The notes under the pieces: generated by a model
Databases searched by the model: none
The model's input: the letters and a program-made list of their open reading frames with translations, nothing else
What the model was told of the DNA's origin: nothing
Shown: positions 11,507-20,104 of the stretch, one piece after another
How positions within the stretch are numbered: the stretch's first letter is position 1
How the letters are laid out: each line of letters starts with the position of its first letter
Translations under genes and position numbers: made by a program
Source: an uncultured Gammaproteobacteria bacterium
Lineage (GTDB): Bacteria; Patescibacteriota; Patescibacteriia; UBA9934
Length of the DNA stretch: 64,000 nt
Reading direction: 5' to 3'
Assembly (NCBI GenBank): GCA_964569575.1
Contig: CAZMTL010000004.1
Location: 8,959 to 72,958 of the forward strand

Positions 11507-11541
11507 GTAGAGATAGTTTTGCGTTCAGTATAACACATCGC

Positions 11542-11949
11542 TCACCGAGCATCTAACGCTTGATTCACATACGCGTCCGCTTCCTTGTTCAATTCACGTC
11601 GTACATGCACAAATCGCGCAACAGAAAATTGACGCGCCAGTTGAATCACCTCTTTATACAATGGCTGCAAGCCCGCATTCTTCACTCGATACTGCCCGTT
11701 GATCTGCTTCACCGCTAATTCCGAGTCCAATCGAACATCAATCTCTTCAAAACCTAATTCGAGCGCCTTACGAAGTCCAAGCACGATCGCCATATACTCC
11801 GCCTGATTATTTGTTCCAACTCCAAGGAATACACCTTCGCCAAACACACGCTCTGTTTTATTTAAATCCGTAAACAAGACGTATCCAGCAGCCGAAGGAC
11901 CTGGATTCCCTCTCGATCCTCCATCTGCAAACATGACTGTATAATTCAT
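11542..11949 (-). CDS. rnhA: ribonuclease H (type 1 fold)
   Basis: FADGGSRGNPGPSAAG...TNNQAEYMAI...DSELAVKQ...NKEAD carries the DEDD catalytic residues. Confidence 0.85.
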   Translation of the reverse strand: MNYTVMFADGGSRGNPGPSAAGYVLFTDLNKTERVFGEGVFLGVGTNNQAEYMAIVLGLRKALELGFEEIDVRLDSELAVKQINGQYRVKNAGLQPLYKEVIQLARQFSVARFVHVRRELNKEADAYVNQALDAR

Positions 11950-11951
11950 AG

Positions 11952-13652
11952 TTATTCACTCAAACGTATATCTTCTATTTTACACTGCAATTCCTTTTTC
12001 CCATTCCATTCATTCACCCCAACGTCGAACACAATATCGACCTCGGTGTCTTTTTGTAACATGCCCGCCCAGTCCCCTAAACGAAATCCGATCATCTTCA
12101 TAATATCACCCACACCGGAATGCACCGAAAGACGCAAGTGTTTACCTTCTGCACCAATCGCATCCGCCGCAATCACAAGGGCTTTCTTTACCACAAACAA
12201 CGGCCTACGATTTCCTTCACCAAAGGGTTCAAATTTTGTAAGCAGGTTATAAAAATCCCAATTGATCTCGCCAAGTGCTACTTCACACTCGACCGTAAGG
12301 GTTCGTTGAAGCTGACGATTCTGAAAGAACTCCCGAGCAAACAACGAAACACGCTCTTCGAACACCTTTAACAAATCAAGACTCGCTATACTCACGCCGC
12401 ACGCCTGAGGGTGTCCACCGGCCTTAATAAAAATATCTCCGCACGATTTCATCGCCTCAACCAAGTGCAGACCCCCAACACTTCGCCCCGAACCAACATA
12501 GTGTTCACCAACTTTCGTAAAGACAAATGCAGGTACACCAAACTCGCTCACAATTTTCCCAGCCACCAAACCAACCACTCCGTGCAGCCAATCTTCATTC
12601 CAAATCACTTGAACAAATCCATTATTCTTCTGACGAGCTATGGCGGCCGCCTGCTGAAAAACCAAATCCGAAATTTTCTGTCGCTCTCTATTTAACTGTT
12701 CGAGCTCGGCAGCTCCTACCATCGCTGCAGCTTCATCTGTCGCAGCAAGCACTTCAAATGCCTTCATAGGTGAAGCGATCCGCCCAGCTGCATTAATTCG
12801 AGGACCAAGCTGAAATCCGATCGTCTCCGTGTCAATCTGTCCCATTTCGCCTCGAGCAAAATCCATAATCTTCCGAATGCCATGCCGTCGCGTTTTATTC
12901 AACACAAGCAAACCAAATTTCTCCAACACACGATTCTCACCCTTCAAGGGAACAACATCCGTTACGGTTGCGATTGCCACCAAATCCAAAAACCACTTCT
13001 CATACCCATCCGGAAATCGAGCGCCCCGTACAGCCGCCTCACGAATAAACGCACTCGCAAACTTAAACGCCACTCCCGTTCCACACAAATGCTTATTCGG
13101 ATACACCTCCCCCGGAACCAACGGATGAATAATCAACACATCTTGCGGCAACTTCTCTCCCAATTGGTGATGATCACACACAATCACATCCATGCCTAAT
13201 TCCTTGGCACGCCCAAGCGAAACATCATTCGAAATCCCACAATCCACCGTTACAATCAATCGAATACCCTCTTCCGCAAACCGCTCAATCGTATGAACCG
13301 CCACACCGTATCCATCCCGCTCACGATCGGGTAAAAAAACCGACACACGCGAGAAATCGTAATCCAATTGATCACACACATCTCTTAAAGCCGTGTACAA
13401 CAATGTTGATCCACTAATTCCATCCGCATCATAGTCTCCGTGAATCCGAATCATTTCACCCCGCTCAAGCGCCTGAAACAACCGATCAACTGCCGAACGC
13501 ATCTGCGTAAACAAAAAAGGATCATGTGTGCCATGCTCCCAATTTGGATTCAAAAATGCCTCTACTTCATCAACCAAAATCCCTCGGTTTCGTAATAGTA
13601 CGTCCGCAACAGATTCTTCTTTTCGCTCGCCAATATTCCACAAAAACGACAT
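11952..13652 (-). CDS. recJ: single-stranded-DNA-specific exonuclease RecJ
   Basis: DHH motifs HGDYDADGISG, VTVDCG, VCDHH and a DHHA1 GGHPQACG-like motif. Confidence 0.9.
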   Translation of the reverse strand: MSFLWNIGERKEESVADVLLRNRGILVDEVEAFLNPNWEHGTHDPFLFTQMRSAVDRLFQALERGEMIRIHGDYDADGISGSTLLYTALRDVCDQLDYDFSRVSVFLPDRERDGYGVAVHTIERFAEEGIRLIVTVDCGISNDVSLGRAKELGMDVIVCDHHQLGEKLPQDVLIIHPLVPGEVYPNKHLCGTGVAFKFASAFIREAAVRGARFPDGYEKWFLDLVAIATVTDVVPLKGENRVLEKFGLLVLNKTRRHGIRKIMDFARGEMGQIDTETIGFQLGPRINAAGRIASPMKAFEVLAATDEAAAMVGAAELEQLNRERQKISDLVFQQAAAIARQKNNGFVQVIWNEDWLHGVVGLVAGKIVSEFGVPAFVFTKVGEHYVGSGRSVGGLHLVEAMKSCGDIFIKAGGHPQACGVSIASLDLLKVFEERVSLFAREFFQNRQLQRTLTVECEVALGEINWDFYNLLTKFEPFGEGNRRPLFVVKKALVIAADAIGAEGKHLRLSVHSGVGDIMKMIGFRLGDWAGMLQKDTEVDIVFDVGVNEWNGKKELQCKIEDIRLSE

Positions 13653-13696
13653 GACATGATCTTAACATGCCCACGCCCGATCCTTAAGTGGATAAA

Positions 13697-15499
13697 CTAA
13701 CGCTTCAATACCTTCATGTACGCCTCGCTCGGAATCTTTACTTTTCCAACACCCATTTCCATCATTTTCTTCTTTCCTTTCTTCTGTTTGTCGAGCAATT
13801 TTCGTTTTCGTGTCACATCTCCTCCGTACAATTTTGCTGTCACATCTTTTCGAAGAGCCGAAATACGTTCTCCTGCAACAACCTTTCCACCAATCGTTGC
13901 CTGAAGTTTGATGACGAACTGCTGTTTTGGAATCGTTTCTTGAAGCGACTTCAAAATCTTTCGCCCAGTCTTTTCAGCCTCTTCGCGATACACAAACGTC
14001 GAAAGCGCTTCTACCATATCGTCGGCTACCATAATATCGAGCCGCACAACATCCGCCTCCCGATAATCTGTCACTTCATAGTTCATCGACGCGTACCCGC
14101 TCGTTACACTCTTCAACTTATCGTAAAAATCCACAATCACGCTTGCGAGTGGAATTTCGTAACGCAAAATCGCACGATCTTTGGAAAGAAATTCAGTCGT
14201 TGTATAAATCCCGGATCGCTCCTGAACAAACGTCATAATGGACCCAATATGTTCTGGCGGGCTAATAATATCAATTTTACACCAAGGTTCTTCGATATGA
14301 TCAACCAAAGACATGTCCGGCAAATCCAACGCTGTTCGAATCACCTCAGGCTCTGTCTTCCCATTTCGAAACACCTTGTACGCAACCGACGGAACCGTCA
14401 CAACAAGCTGAATATCAAATTCCCGCTCTAGTCGTTCTTTCAAAATCTCTAAATGCAGCATTCCTAAAAATCCTACTCGGAATCCGTACCCAAGCGCCGG
14501 TGAATGCTCAGGTTCAAACACAAGTGCTGCATCATTCAACTTCAAACGATCCATCGCATCTCGCAAGTTCGAATATTGATCCCCTTCCGCAGGAAAAATA
14601 CCAGCAAACACCATCGGCACCACTTCACGATACCCCGGCAAAGACTTCGCTTCGGTCGCTCCCGCCAAGGTCATTGTGTCACCCACGCGACAAGCAGAAA
14701 TATCTTTAAATCCTGTCACAACATACCCGATCTGACCCGTTTCTAATTCATCGAGCTCAAAAAACTTCGGTGCCAACGAACCAACTTCCAAAATTTCACT
14801 CTGCGCCTTTGAAGCAATCATCCGCAAAAGGTCACGCTTTTTCAACCGCCCGTCGAACACACGAACATACGCAACAACACCTTTATAGTCGTCGTAATAG
14901 GAATCAAACACCATCGCGCGCGGCGAAGTCACATCCGTCCCCTTTGGACACGAAATACGATCAATCACCGCATCAAGCAACGCAGGAACGCCATCGCCCG
15001 TCTTTCCAGAAACTGCCAATACTTCTTCCGGCTTACATCCAAGCAATGTCACCAATTCTTCCTTTCGAGCCGGAATATCTGCTGCAGGCAAATCAATTTT
15101 GTTCAATACAGGAATGATTTCCAAATCTTGATCAACCGCCAAATACAAATTAGCAATCGTCTGCGCCTGCACACCCTGAGTCGCATCCACCAAAAGAATA
15201 GCCCCTTCCACCGCAGCGAGCGAGCGCGAAACTTCGTAATTAAAATCGACGTGACCAGGAGTATCGATCAAGTTCAAGGTAAATTCCTTCCCGTCCTTCA
15301 CATGCTTCATGCGAACAGGAGCAAGCTTGATGGTAATTCCACGCTCTCGTTCGATATCCATCGAATCAAGCATCTGAGCCTTCATTTTGCGAGAATCAAC
15401 TGTCTTGGTTACTTCCAACAAACGATCTGCTAACGTTGATTTTCCATGATCAATGTGCGCGATAATACAAAAATTTCGAATCCGATCTTGAGGCGTCAT
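13697..15499 (-). CDS. lepA: translation elongation factor 4
   Basis: IRNFCIIAHIDHGKSTLADRLL, DTPGHVDF, NKIDL GTPase motifs plus the LepA C-terminal domain. Confidence 0.97.
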   Translation of the reverse strand: MTPQDRIRNFCIIAHIDHGKSTLADRLLEVTKTVDSRKMKAQMLDSMDIERERGITIKLAPVRMKHVKDGKEFTLNLIDTPGHVDFNYEVSRSLAAVEGAILLVDATQGVQAQTIANLYLAVDQDLEIIPVLNKIDLPAADIPARKEELVTLLGCKPEEVLAVSGKTGDGVPALLDAVIDRISCPKGTDVTSPRAMVFDSYYDDYKGVVAYVRVFDGRLKKRDLLRMIASKAQSEILEVGSLAPKFFELDELETGQIGYVVTGFKDISACRVGDTMTLAGATEAKSLPGYREVVPMVFAGIFPAEGDQYSNLRDAMDRLKLNDAALVFEPEHSPALGYGFRVGFLGMLHLEILKERLEREFDIQLVVTVPSVAYKVFRNGKTEPEVIRTALDLPDMSLVDHIEEPWCKIDIISPPEHIGSIMTFVQERSGIYTTTEFLSKDRAILRYEIPLASVIVDFYDKLKSVTSGYASMNYEVTDYREADVVRLDIMVADDMVEALSTFVYREEAEKTGRKILKSLQETIPKQQFVIKLQATIGGKVVAGERISALRKDVTAKLYGGDVTRKRKLLDKQKKGKKKMMEMGVGKVKIPSEAYMKVLKR

Positions 15500-15541
15500 A
15501 ATGCAAAGAATATAGCTGAAAACAGAAAAACTGTCGAATAC

Positions 15542-16618
15542 CTAAACACTGATAACTCCGCTACCAATCAGCTCATCACCAACATAAAACACCACGAATT
15601 GCCCAGGAGCAACAGCTCGCTGCGGTGCAGTAAAACTCACACGCAACCGATCTCCATCACGAACAAAACGACATTCTTGCAAAGGCTGTCTATACCGAAT
15701 ACGTGCAAAGATTGTCTCGCCTTCATAACGAGCAAAATGCCCTTCAACCGTTTCGGACAACTCTTCAGCAACTAAATCAGCTTTAAATAACGCCGGATCA
15801 TCTTCGCCTACAGCCACCACAATCTCGTTTGTCTCCGGCCGTCGTTCAACAATAAAATACGGAATTCCGCCACCAATTCCCAAACCAGTTCGTTGACCAA
15901 TCGTATAATACGCATGCCCCTTATGCTTCCCCAAAACTTCACCAGAAGTAGTAACAATATTGCCTTCCTGTTCACTAATCTTTTCCTTCAAAAACTCGCG
16001 CATCTGCACCTTGCCAACAAAACAAATACCCTGACTATCTTTTTTGTTCGCCACTTCCAGCCCGTGCATTTTCGCAATCTCACGAACCTTATTTTTCTCC
16101 AAATCACCGATAGGAAACAATACGCGGCTTAACTGAACTTGGCTTAACTGACACAAAAAATACGACTGATCTTTATTTGCATCTACTCCAGAAAGCAAAT
16201 GAGAAATAGCGTGTTCATCAACCGTTTTCCGAGCATAGTGCCCTGTCGCTACAAAATCACAATTCAAACGATCCGCTTCCTTCATCAAATACCCAAACTT
16301 CATATACTTATTACAAAGTACATCCGGATTAGGTGTTCGACCCGCTCGATATTCACGAATCATGTAATCGTACACCTCCGCCCGATACTGGTCTTCAAAA
16401 TCAAACGTATAAAACTCAATCCCCAACCGAGCCGCCACGCGTTGCGCATCGCGACGTTCAACCCGCCAAGAACACTCCTCGCCCTCATTTCCATCACTCC
16501 AATTCTTCATAAACGCCCCAATCACCTCGTATCCCTGCTCCAAAAGCAAAACCGCCGCAACGCTCGAATCAACGCCACCGCTCATACCAAGTAATACTTT
16601 TTGCTTCTTCATTTCCAT
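15542..16618 (-). CDS. mnmA: tRNA 2-thiouridine(34) synthase
   Basis: PP-loop VLLGMSGGVDSSVAA; full-length match to the MnmA pattern. Confidence 0.95.
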   Translation of the reverse strand: MEMKKQKVLLGMSGGVDSSVAAVLLLEQGYEVIGAFMKNWSDGNEGEECSWRVERRDAQRVAARLGIEFYTFDFEDQYRAEVYDYMIREYRAGRTPNPDVLCNKYMKFGYLMKEADRLNCDFVATGHYARKTVDEHAISHLLSGVDANKDQSYFLCQLSQVQLSRVLFPIGDLEKNKVREIAKMHGLEVANKKDSQGICFVGKVQMREFLKEKISEQEGNIVTTSGEVLGKHKGHAYYTIGQRTGLGIGGGIPYFIVERRPETNEIVVAVGEDDPALFKADLVAEELSETVEGHFARYEGETIFARIRYRQPLQECRFVRDGDRLRVSFTAPQRAVAPGQFVVFYVGDELIGSGVISV

Positions 16619-16684
16619 AACGCTTCATACTACCAAATAAACCCAATAAATCAAGAAACGAGCCTTTCGACTCGTTTCATTCGA

Positions 16685-17755
16685 CTAGCCACCAAATTTA
16701 CCAGACCCAGCTTTTGCAATCCTCTTCGCATTTGCCTGCGCCCGTTCACGAGCACTAGCAGGCTTACCACTACGAGCCGAAGGCTCTTCAGGTAACGTAT
16801 CAGCGTTCATATCAAAATGTAATTCAACCTGATTTACCAAACCTTCTAGCTGCGAAGCCCTCTTCTCCAATAGTGATAGCTGTAATTGAGCACTGTTTAA
16901 TTCACGACCAGGAAAAACACGTTTCCACATGCGTTTCATCATGCCTCCTCGTAAATCATCCATTTGCGCACGCAAGTTATCCGCATCCGCTTCTAAAAGA
17001 GGGAGCTTACGAACTGCATCGGCATAAGCTTCGTACGAAATCCCAGTAGCGGCCTCTATGCCCTGCGAAATAAACTGATCTTCATACACATCTACTTCAT
17101 CAACAGTTAATTTACTTTCATCTTCAACTTCATCCAAAGCTCCTGCCTCTACACCAGCAAAATCTCCTGCCCCGAATTCGGGATCCATCTCAACCTTTTT
17201 TGCCTTCACGCCTTCAAGTTCTTCTGATTCAATATTGTTAAAATCATCTTTCTCAAAACCTTGAACTACCTCTTCCTCAGCCAAATCATCATCCTCCTCT
17301 TCATCATCATCTTCCTCTTCCTTATCAGAATCAAAATCATCTTCTTGATCAACGTCATCCAGATCATCTTCATCAAAAAGCGGACCCTCGGTACCAGCAT
17401 CTTCTCCTAATCTCTTTGAGCTCAATTCACCCAAAGCATAAATTGCTAATTCGTGCAGGTCAGCTTCGTCAGGATCTTCCGAATCCGCTAAGTCTTTTTC
17501 AAAATCTGACAACAAACGTCCCGCCAAAGCCGAATCCTCATCATCAAGTGCACTCACATTAAAATCGCGTTGCAAAAGCTCGACGATTCTAACAAGAACT
17601 TCCTGATCCAAATGCTCATCTTCTTCCAAACCATCCGTCAGCGACAAATCGCCCTTCTCTAATGATTTTATAATTTTCTTAAAATCAGAATCTTCCCACG
17701 TCACCTGTTTAACAGCTTCCGCCTCAGGATTAAAACCTCGTACTTCCTTCACCAT
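16685..17755 (-). CDS. hyper-acidic hypothetical protein with basic C-terminal tail
   Basis: 356 aa, long D/E tracts (DKEEEDDDEEEDDDLAEEE), C-terminal coiled-coil-like region and a KPASARERAQANAKRIAKAG tail. Confidence 0.6.
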   Translation of the reverse strand: MVKEVRGFNPEAEAVKQVTWEDSDFKKIIKSLEKGDLSLTDGLEEDEHLDQEVLVRIVELLQRDFNVSALDDEDSALAGRLLSDFEKDLADSEDPDEADLHELAIYALGELSSKRLGEDAGTEGPLFDEDDLDDVDQEDDFDSDKEEEDDDEEEDDDLAEEEVVQGFEKDDFNNIESEELEGVKAKKVEMDPEFGAGDFAGVEAGALDEVEDESKLTVDEVDVYEDQFISQGIEAATGISYEAYADAVRKLPLLEADADNLRAQMDDLRGGMMKRMWKRVFPGRELNSAQLQLSLLEKRASQLEGLVNQVELHFDMNADTLPEEPSARSGKPASARERAQANAKRIAKAGSGKFGG

Positions 17756-17850
17756 AACAAAGTAGATTATGAACTTATTATTACACCCATTTTACTACGT
17801 TCGAAGAGAAATGACCCTGTGAATAAAGTTTTGCGAAATACACAGCTCGC

Positions 17851-17879
17851 TTGACAGGGGTACAAAATCATGATATAGT
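17851..17879 (+). promoter_or_regulatory. sigma70-type promoter of the RRM protein gene
   Basis: TTGACA-N17-TATAGT, with TG two nt upstream of the -10. Confidence 0.5.
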
Positions 17880-17934
17880 ACTGACGTTTCTCTTGTTCAT
17901 GTAATAAGAGGAAAGTTAATTTATATTCTCTGAT

Positions 17935-18192
17935 ATGCAGAACAAGTTATTTGTTGGTAACTTGCCATGGGCTGTAGATAGCGAAAAACTTCGCGACATC
18001 TTCACAGCTTACGGTGAGATCACTGACGCAGTTGTTCTTTCAGACAAATTCACTGGGCGAAGCCGAGGATTTGGATTCGTAGAATTCAAAACTGACGCTG
18101 AAGCAGCAGCAGCTGTAGACGCACTAGATGGAAGCAACCTTGAAGGTCGCGACATCGTAGTAAACGTCGCTCGTGAAAAGACTGAAAGATAA
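17935..18192 (+). CDS. RRM-type RNA-binding protein
   Basis: RNP2 LFVGNL and RNP1 RGFGFVEF motifs; 85 aa. Confidence 0.9.
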   Translation: MQNKLFVGNLPWAVDSEKLRDIFTAYGEITDAVVLSDKFTGRSRGFGFVEFKTDAEAAAAVDALDGSNLEGRDIVVNVAREKTER

Positions 18193-18198
18193 GTAAAA

Positions 18199-18224
18199 AG
18201 CCGCCTCCGGGCGGCTTTTTGTTT
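18199..18224 (+). terminator. intrinsic terminator
   Basis: GCCGCC-tccg-GGCGGC hairpin followed by TTTTTGTTTT. Confidence 0.7.
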
Positions 18225-18247
18225 TACACAATACACAGGCACCAAAA

Positions 18248-18276
18248 TTGACGACGCAAAAAAAATCACGTATATT
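18248..18276 (+). promoter_or_regulatory. sigma70-type promoter of tRNA-Gln(CUG)
   Basis: TTGACG-N17-TATATT, 12 nt upstream of the tRNA 5' end. Confidence 0.5.
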
Positions 18277-18288
18277 CTTGGCACCCAT

Positions 18289-18362
18289 TCCCGGATCGTC
18301 TAAAGGCAGGACTCCAGTTTCTGGCACTGGCAATCGGGGTTCGAATCCCTGTCCGGGAACCA
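18289..18362 (+). tRNA. tRNA-Gln (anticodon CUG), CCA encoded
   Basis: Hand-folded cloverleaf: acceptor TCCCGGA/TCCGGGA, D stem GTCT/GGAC, anticodon stem CCAGT/ACTGG with loop TTCTGGC, T arm CGGGG-TTCGAAT-CCCTG, then ACCA. Confidence 0.9.
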
Positions 18363-18428
18363 GAAAAACTTCACCATTAGGTGGAGTTTTTCTTATATTC
18401 AACAAATTCAAACTTGATCCTGTCAAAC

Positions 18429-20039
18429 CTACTCCATCACCTTTCCACCAAACGCCTCCACAAGTGTTCCGAGCGTCCTTTCTTGTTCCTCATGCATAAA
18501 CACGGGCTTGATCGTAATAGCACTCTGCATCACTTCGTTGATCGCCTCGTTCACAATCGTCATGTTCTTATGTTCCGAAAGTGCATCAAAATGAAGTCGG
18601 AACGACAAGCCGATTTTCAATACGCCGTCAGCGCATTCAATCAATTCAGCCTGTTGCAAAGCGAGCGGAATAGCGATACTTCGCTTTTTTACCAAATCAC
18701 AACAACGCTTCCATTTCGAACGTATCTCCTGAACATCAAACGAAGTCCGACGCTCGACAACAACAGGATCAACAGCTGCCACAGGCGTAGCAACATCAAC
18801 AACGGACTCAGGAACAACATCTGGTACAACCGCTTCAACAACAGGCGGCGCAACACTCTCAGGCGCTGTCGATCGATGCTCTACTGGTGTATACGAATCG
18901 TGTTCAATCTTTTTTTTTGAGTCATGCTGATCAACAGGCAGAACAGGTTCTGCTGATTTTTGCAAAATAAACTTCGTTAACACAATCTCCAAACCAAGTT
19001 GCGGAAGCGCTTCAGGAATAGACTTTTTTCGCATATCTACCAACATATCCAACAATTCCGCCACACGCCGTGAAGACAACTTCGTTGCCCATGCACTAAA
19101 TGAATCAACGAACAACGGATCAACTTGCGCCGTTGAAAAATCCAACGAAAATAGCAGCAACGAACGCAGAACGTCCAACAATTCATCACTTAAATGTTTT
19201 ACCGAACCACCTTGATCAATAAATGTGTTCAGCAAACGAACCGCTCTCGACAAATCATCTTGAAAGGTAGCAATCAATAAATCCTTCACCACAAGCGAAT
19301 TTGTAGCAGGTAATACAAGCGAGGCTGTTTTTGCGCTCACATGACCCTCCCCTAATGCAAGCACCTGTCCAAGCAAACTCTCTCCATCACGCAAACACCC
19401 TTCCGAAAGTCGAGCAATCTGAGACAGCACCTCCGCATCGACAACAACATTTTCTTGCTTCGCAATACCTAGTAATCGATCCACCATTTCCGCCGGTGGA
19501 ATACGGTGAAAATCAAAACGCTGACAACGAGAGATAATCGTCGCTGGAATCTTATGCAATTCGGTTGTAGCCAGTACAAACACCACGTGCGCTGGCGGTT
19601 CTTCGATCGTCTTTAACAGCGCGTTAAATGAAGATGTAGAAAGCATGTGCACTTCATCGATAACAAACACCTTATACTTCCCTTTCGACGGCGAAAATCG
19701 TCCTGCCTCGATAATATTCTCGCGTACATTATCCACACCCGTCTGCGAAGCAGCATCAATTTCGATCACATCAAGTGCCCTGCCCTTATTCATCTCTGTA
19801 CAGTTATCACAGGCGTTACAAGGCTCCGAACCCTCCGCCAAGGGCTGAACGCAGTTCAACGTCTTCGCGAGCAATCGAGCAATGGTCGTCTTTCCTACTC
19901 CACGAGGACCCGAAAACAGGTACGCATGAGCCGTAGAACTCGACTTCAACTGATTCTGAATGGTCTGCTTTACATGCCCCTGTTCGGTCACGTCCGCAAA
20001 GGTCATTGGTCGATATTTTCGATAGAGTGCTTCTGCCAT
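18429..20039 (-). CDS. dnaX: DNA polymerase III subunit gamma/tau
   Basis: AAA+ clamp-loader motifs GPRGVGKTT, VFVIDEVHMLS, SRCQRF and the Zn module CxxCxxC. Confidence 0.9.
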   Translation of the reverse strand: MAEALYRKYRPMTFADVTEQGHVKQTIQNQLKSSSTAHAYLFSGPRGVGKTTIARLLAKTLNCVQPLAEGSEPCNACDNCTEMNKGRALDVIEIDAASQTGVDNVRENIIEAGRFSPSKGKYKVFVIDEVHMLSTSSFNALLKTIEEPPAHVVFVLATTELHKIPATIISRCQRFDFHRIPPAEMVDRLLGIAKQENVVVDAEVLSQIARLSEGCLRDGESLLGQVLALGEGHVSAKTASLVLPATNSLVVKDLLIATFQDDLSRAVRLLNTFIDQGGSVKHLSDELLDVLRSLLLFSLDFSTAQVDPLFVDSFSAWATKLSSRRVAELLDMLVDMRKKSIPEALPQLGLEIVLTKFILQKSAEPVLPVDQHDSKKKIEHDSYTPVEHRSTAPESVAPPVVEAVVPDVVPESVVDVATPVAAVDPVVVERRTSFDVQEIRSKWKRCCDLVKKRSIAIPLALQQAELIECADGVLKIGLSFRLHFDALSEHKNMTIVNEAINEVMQSAITIKPVFMHEEQERTLGTLVEAFGGKVME

Positions 20040-20081
20040 AGTGCTCCGATTTTAGCAGGAAATAGGGAGGAAGAAAAGCAT

Positions 20082-20104
20082 CGCAAAAAGCACCCGAAGG
20101 TGCT
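20082..20104 (-). terminator. intrinsic terminator
   Basis: Minus strand AGCACC-uucg-GGUGCU followed by UUUUGCG, directly after the stop at 20105. Confidence 0.6.

Noticed and set aside
13688-14431. 247-aa plus-strand ORF
   Set aside because: It is entirely antisense to lepA, whose identity is unambiguous. The translation is low-complexity (H/R/F/N-rich) with no start signals, so it is a shadow ORF.
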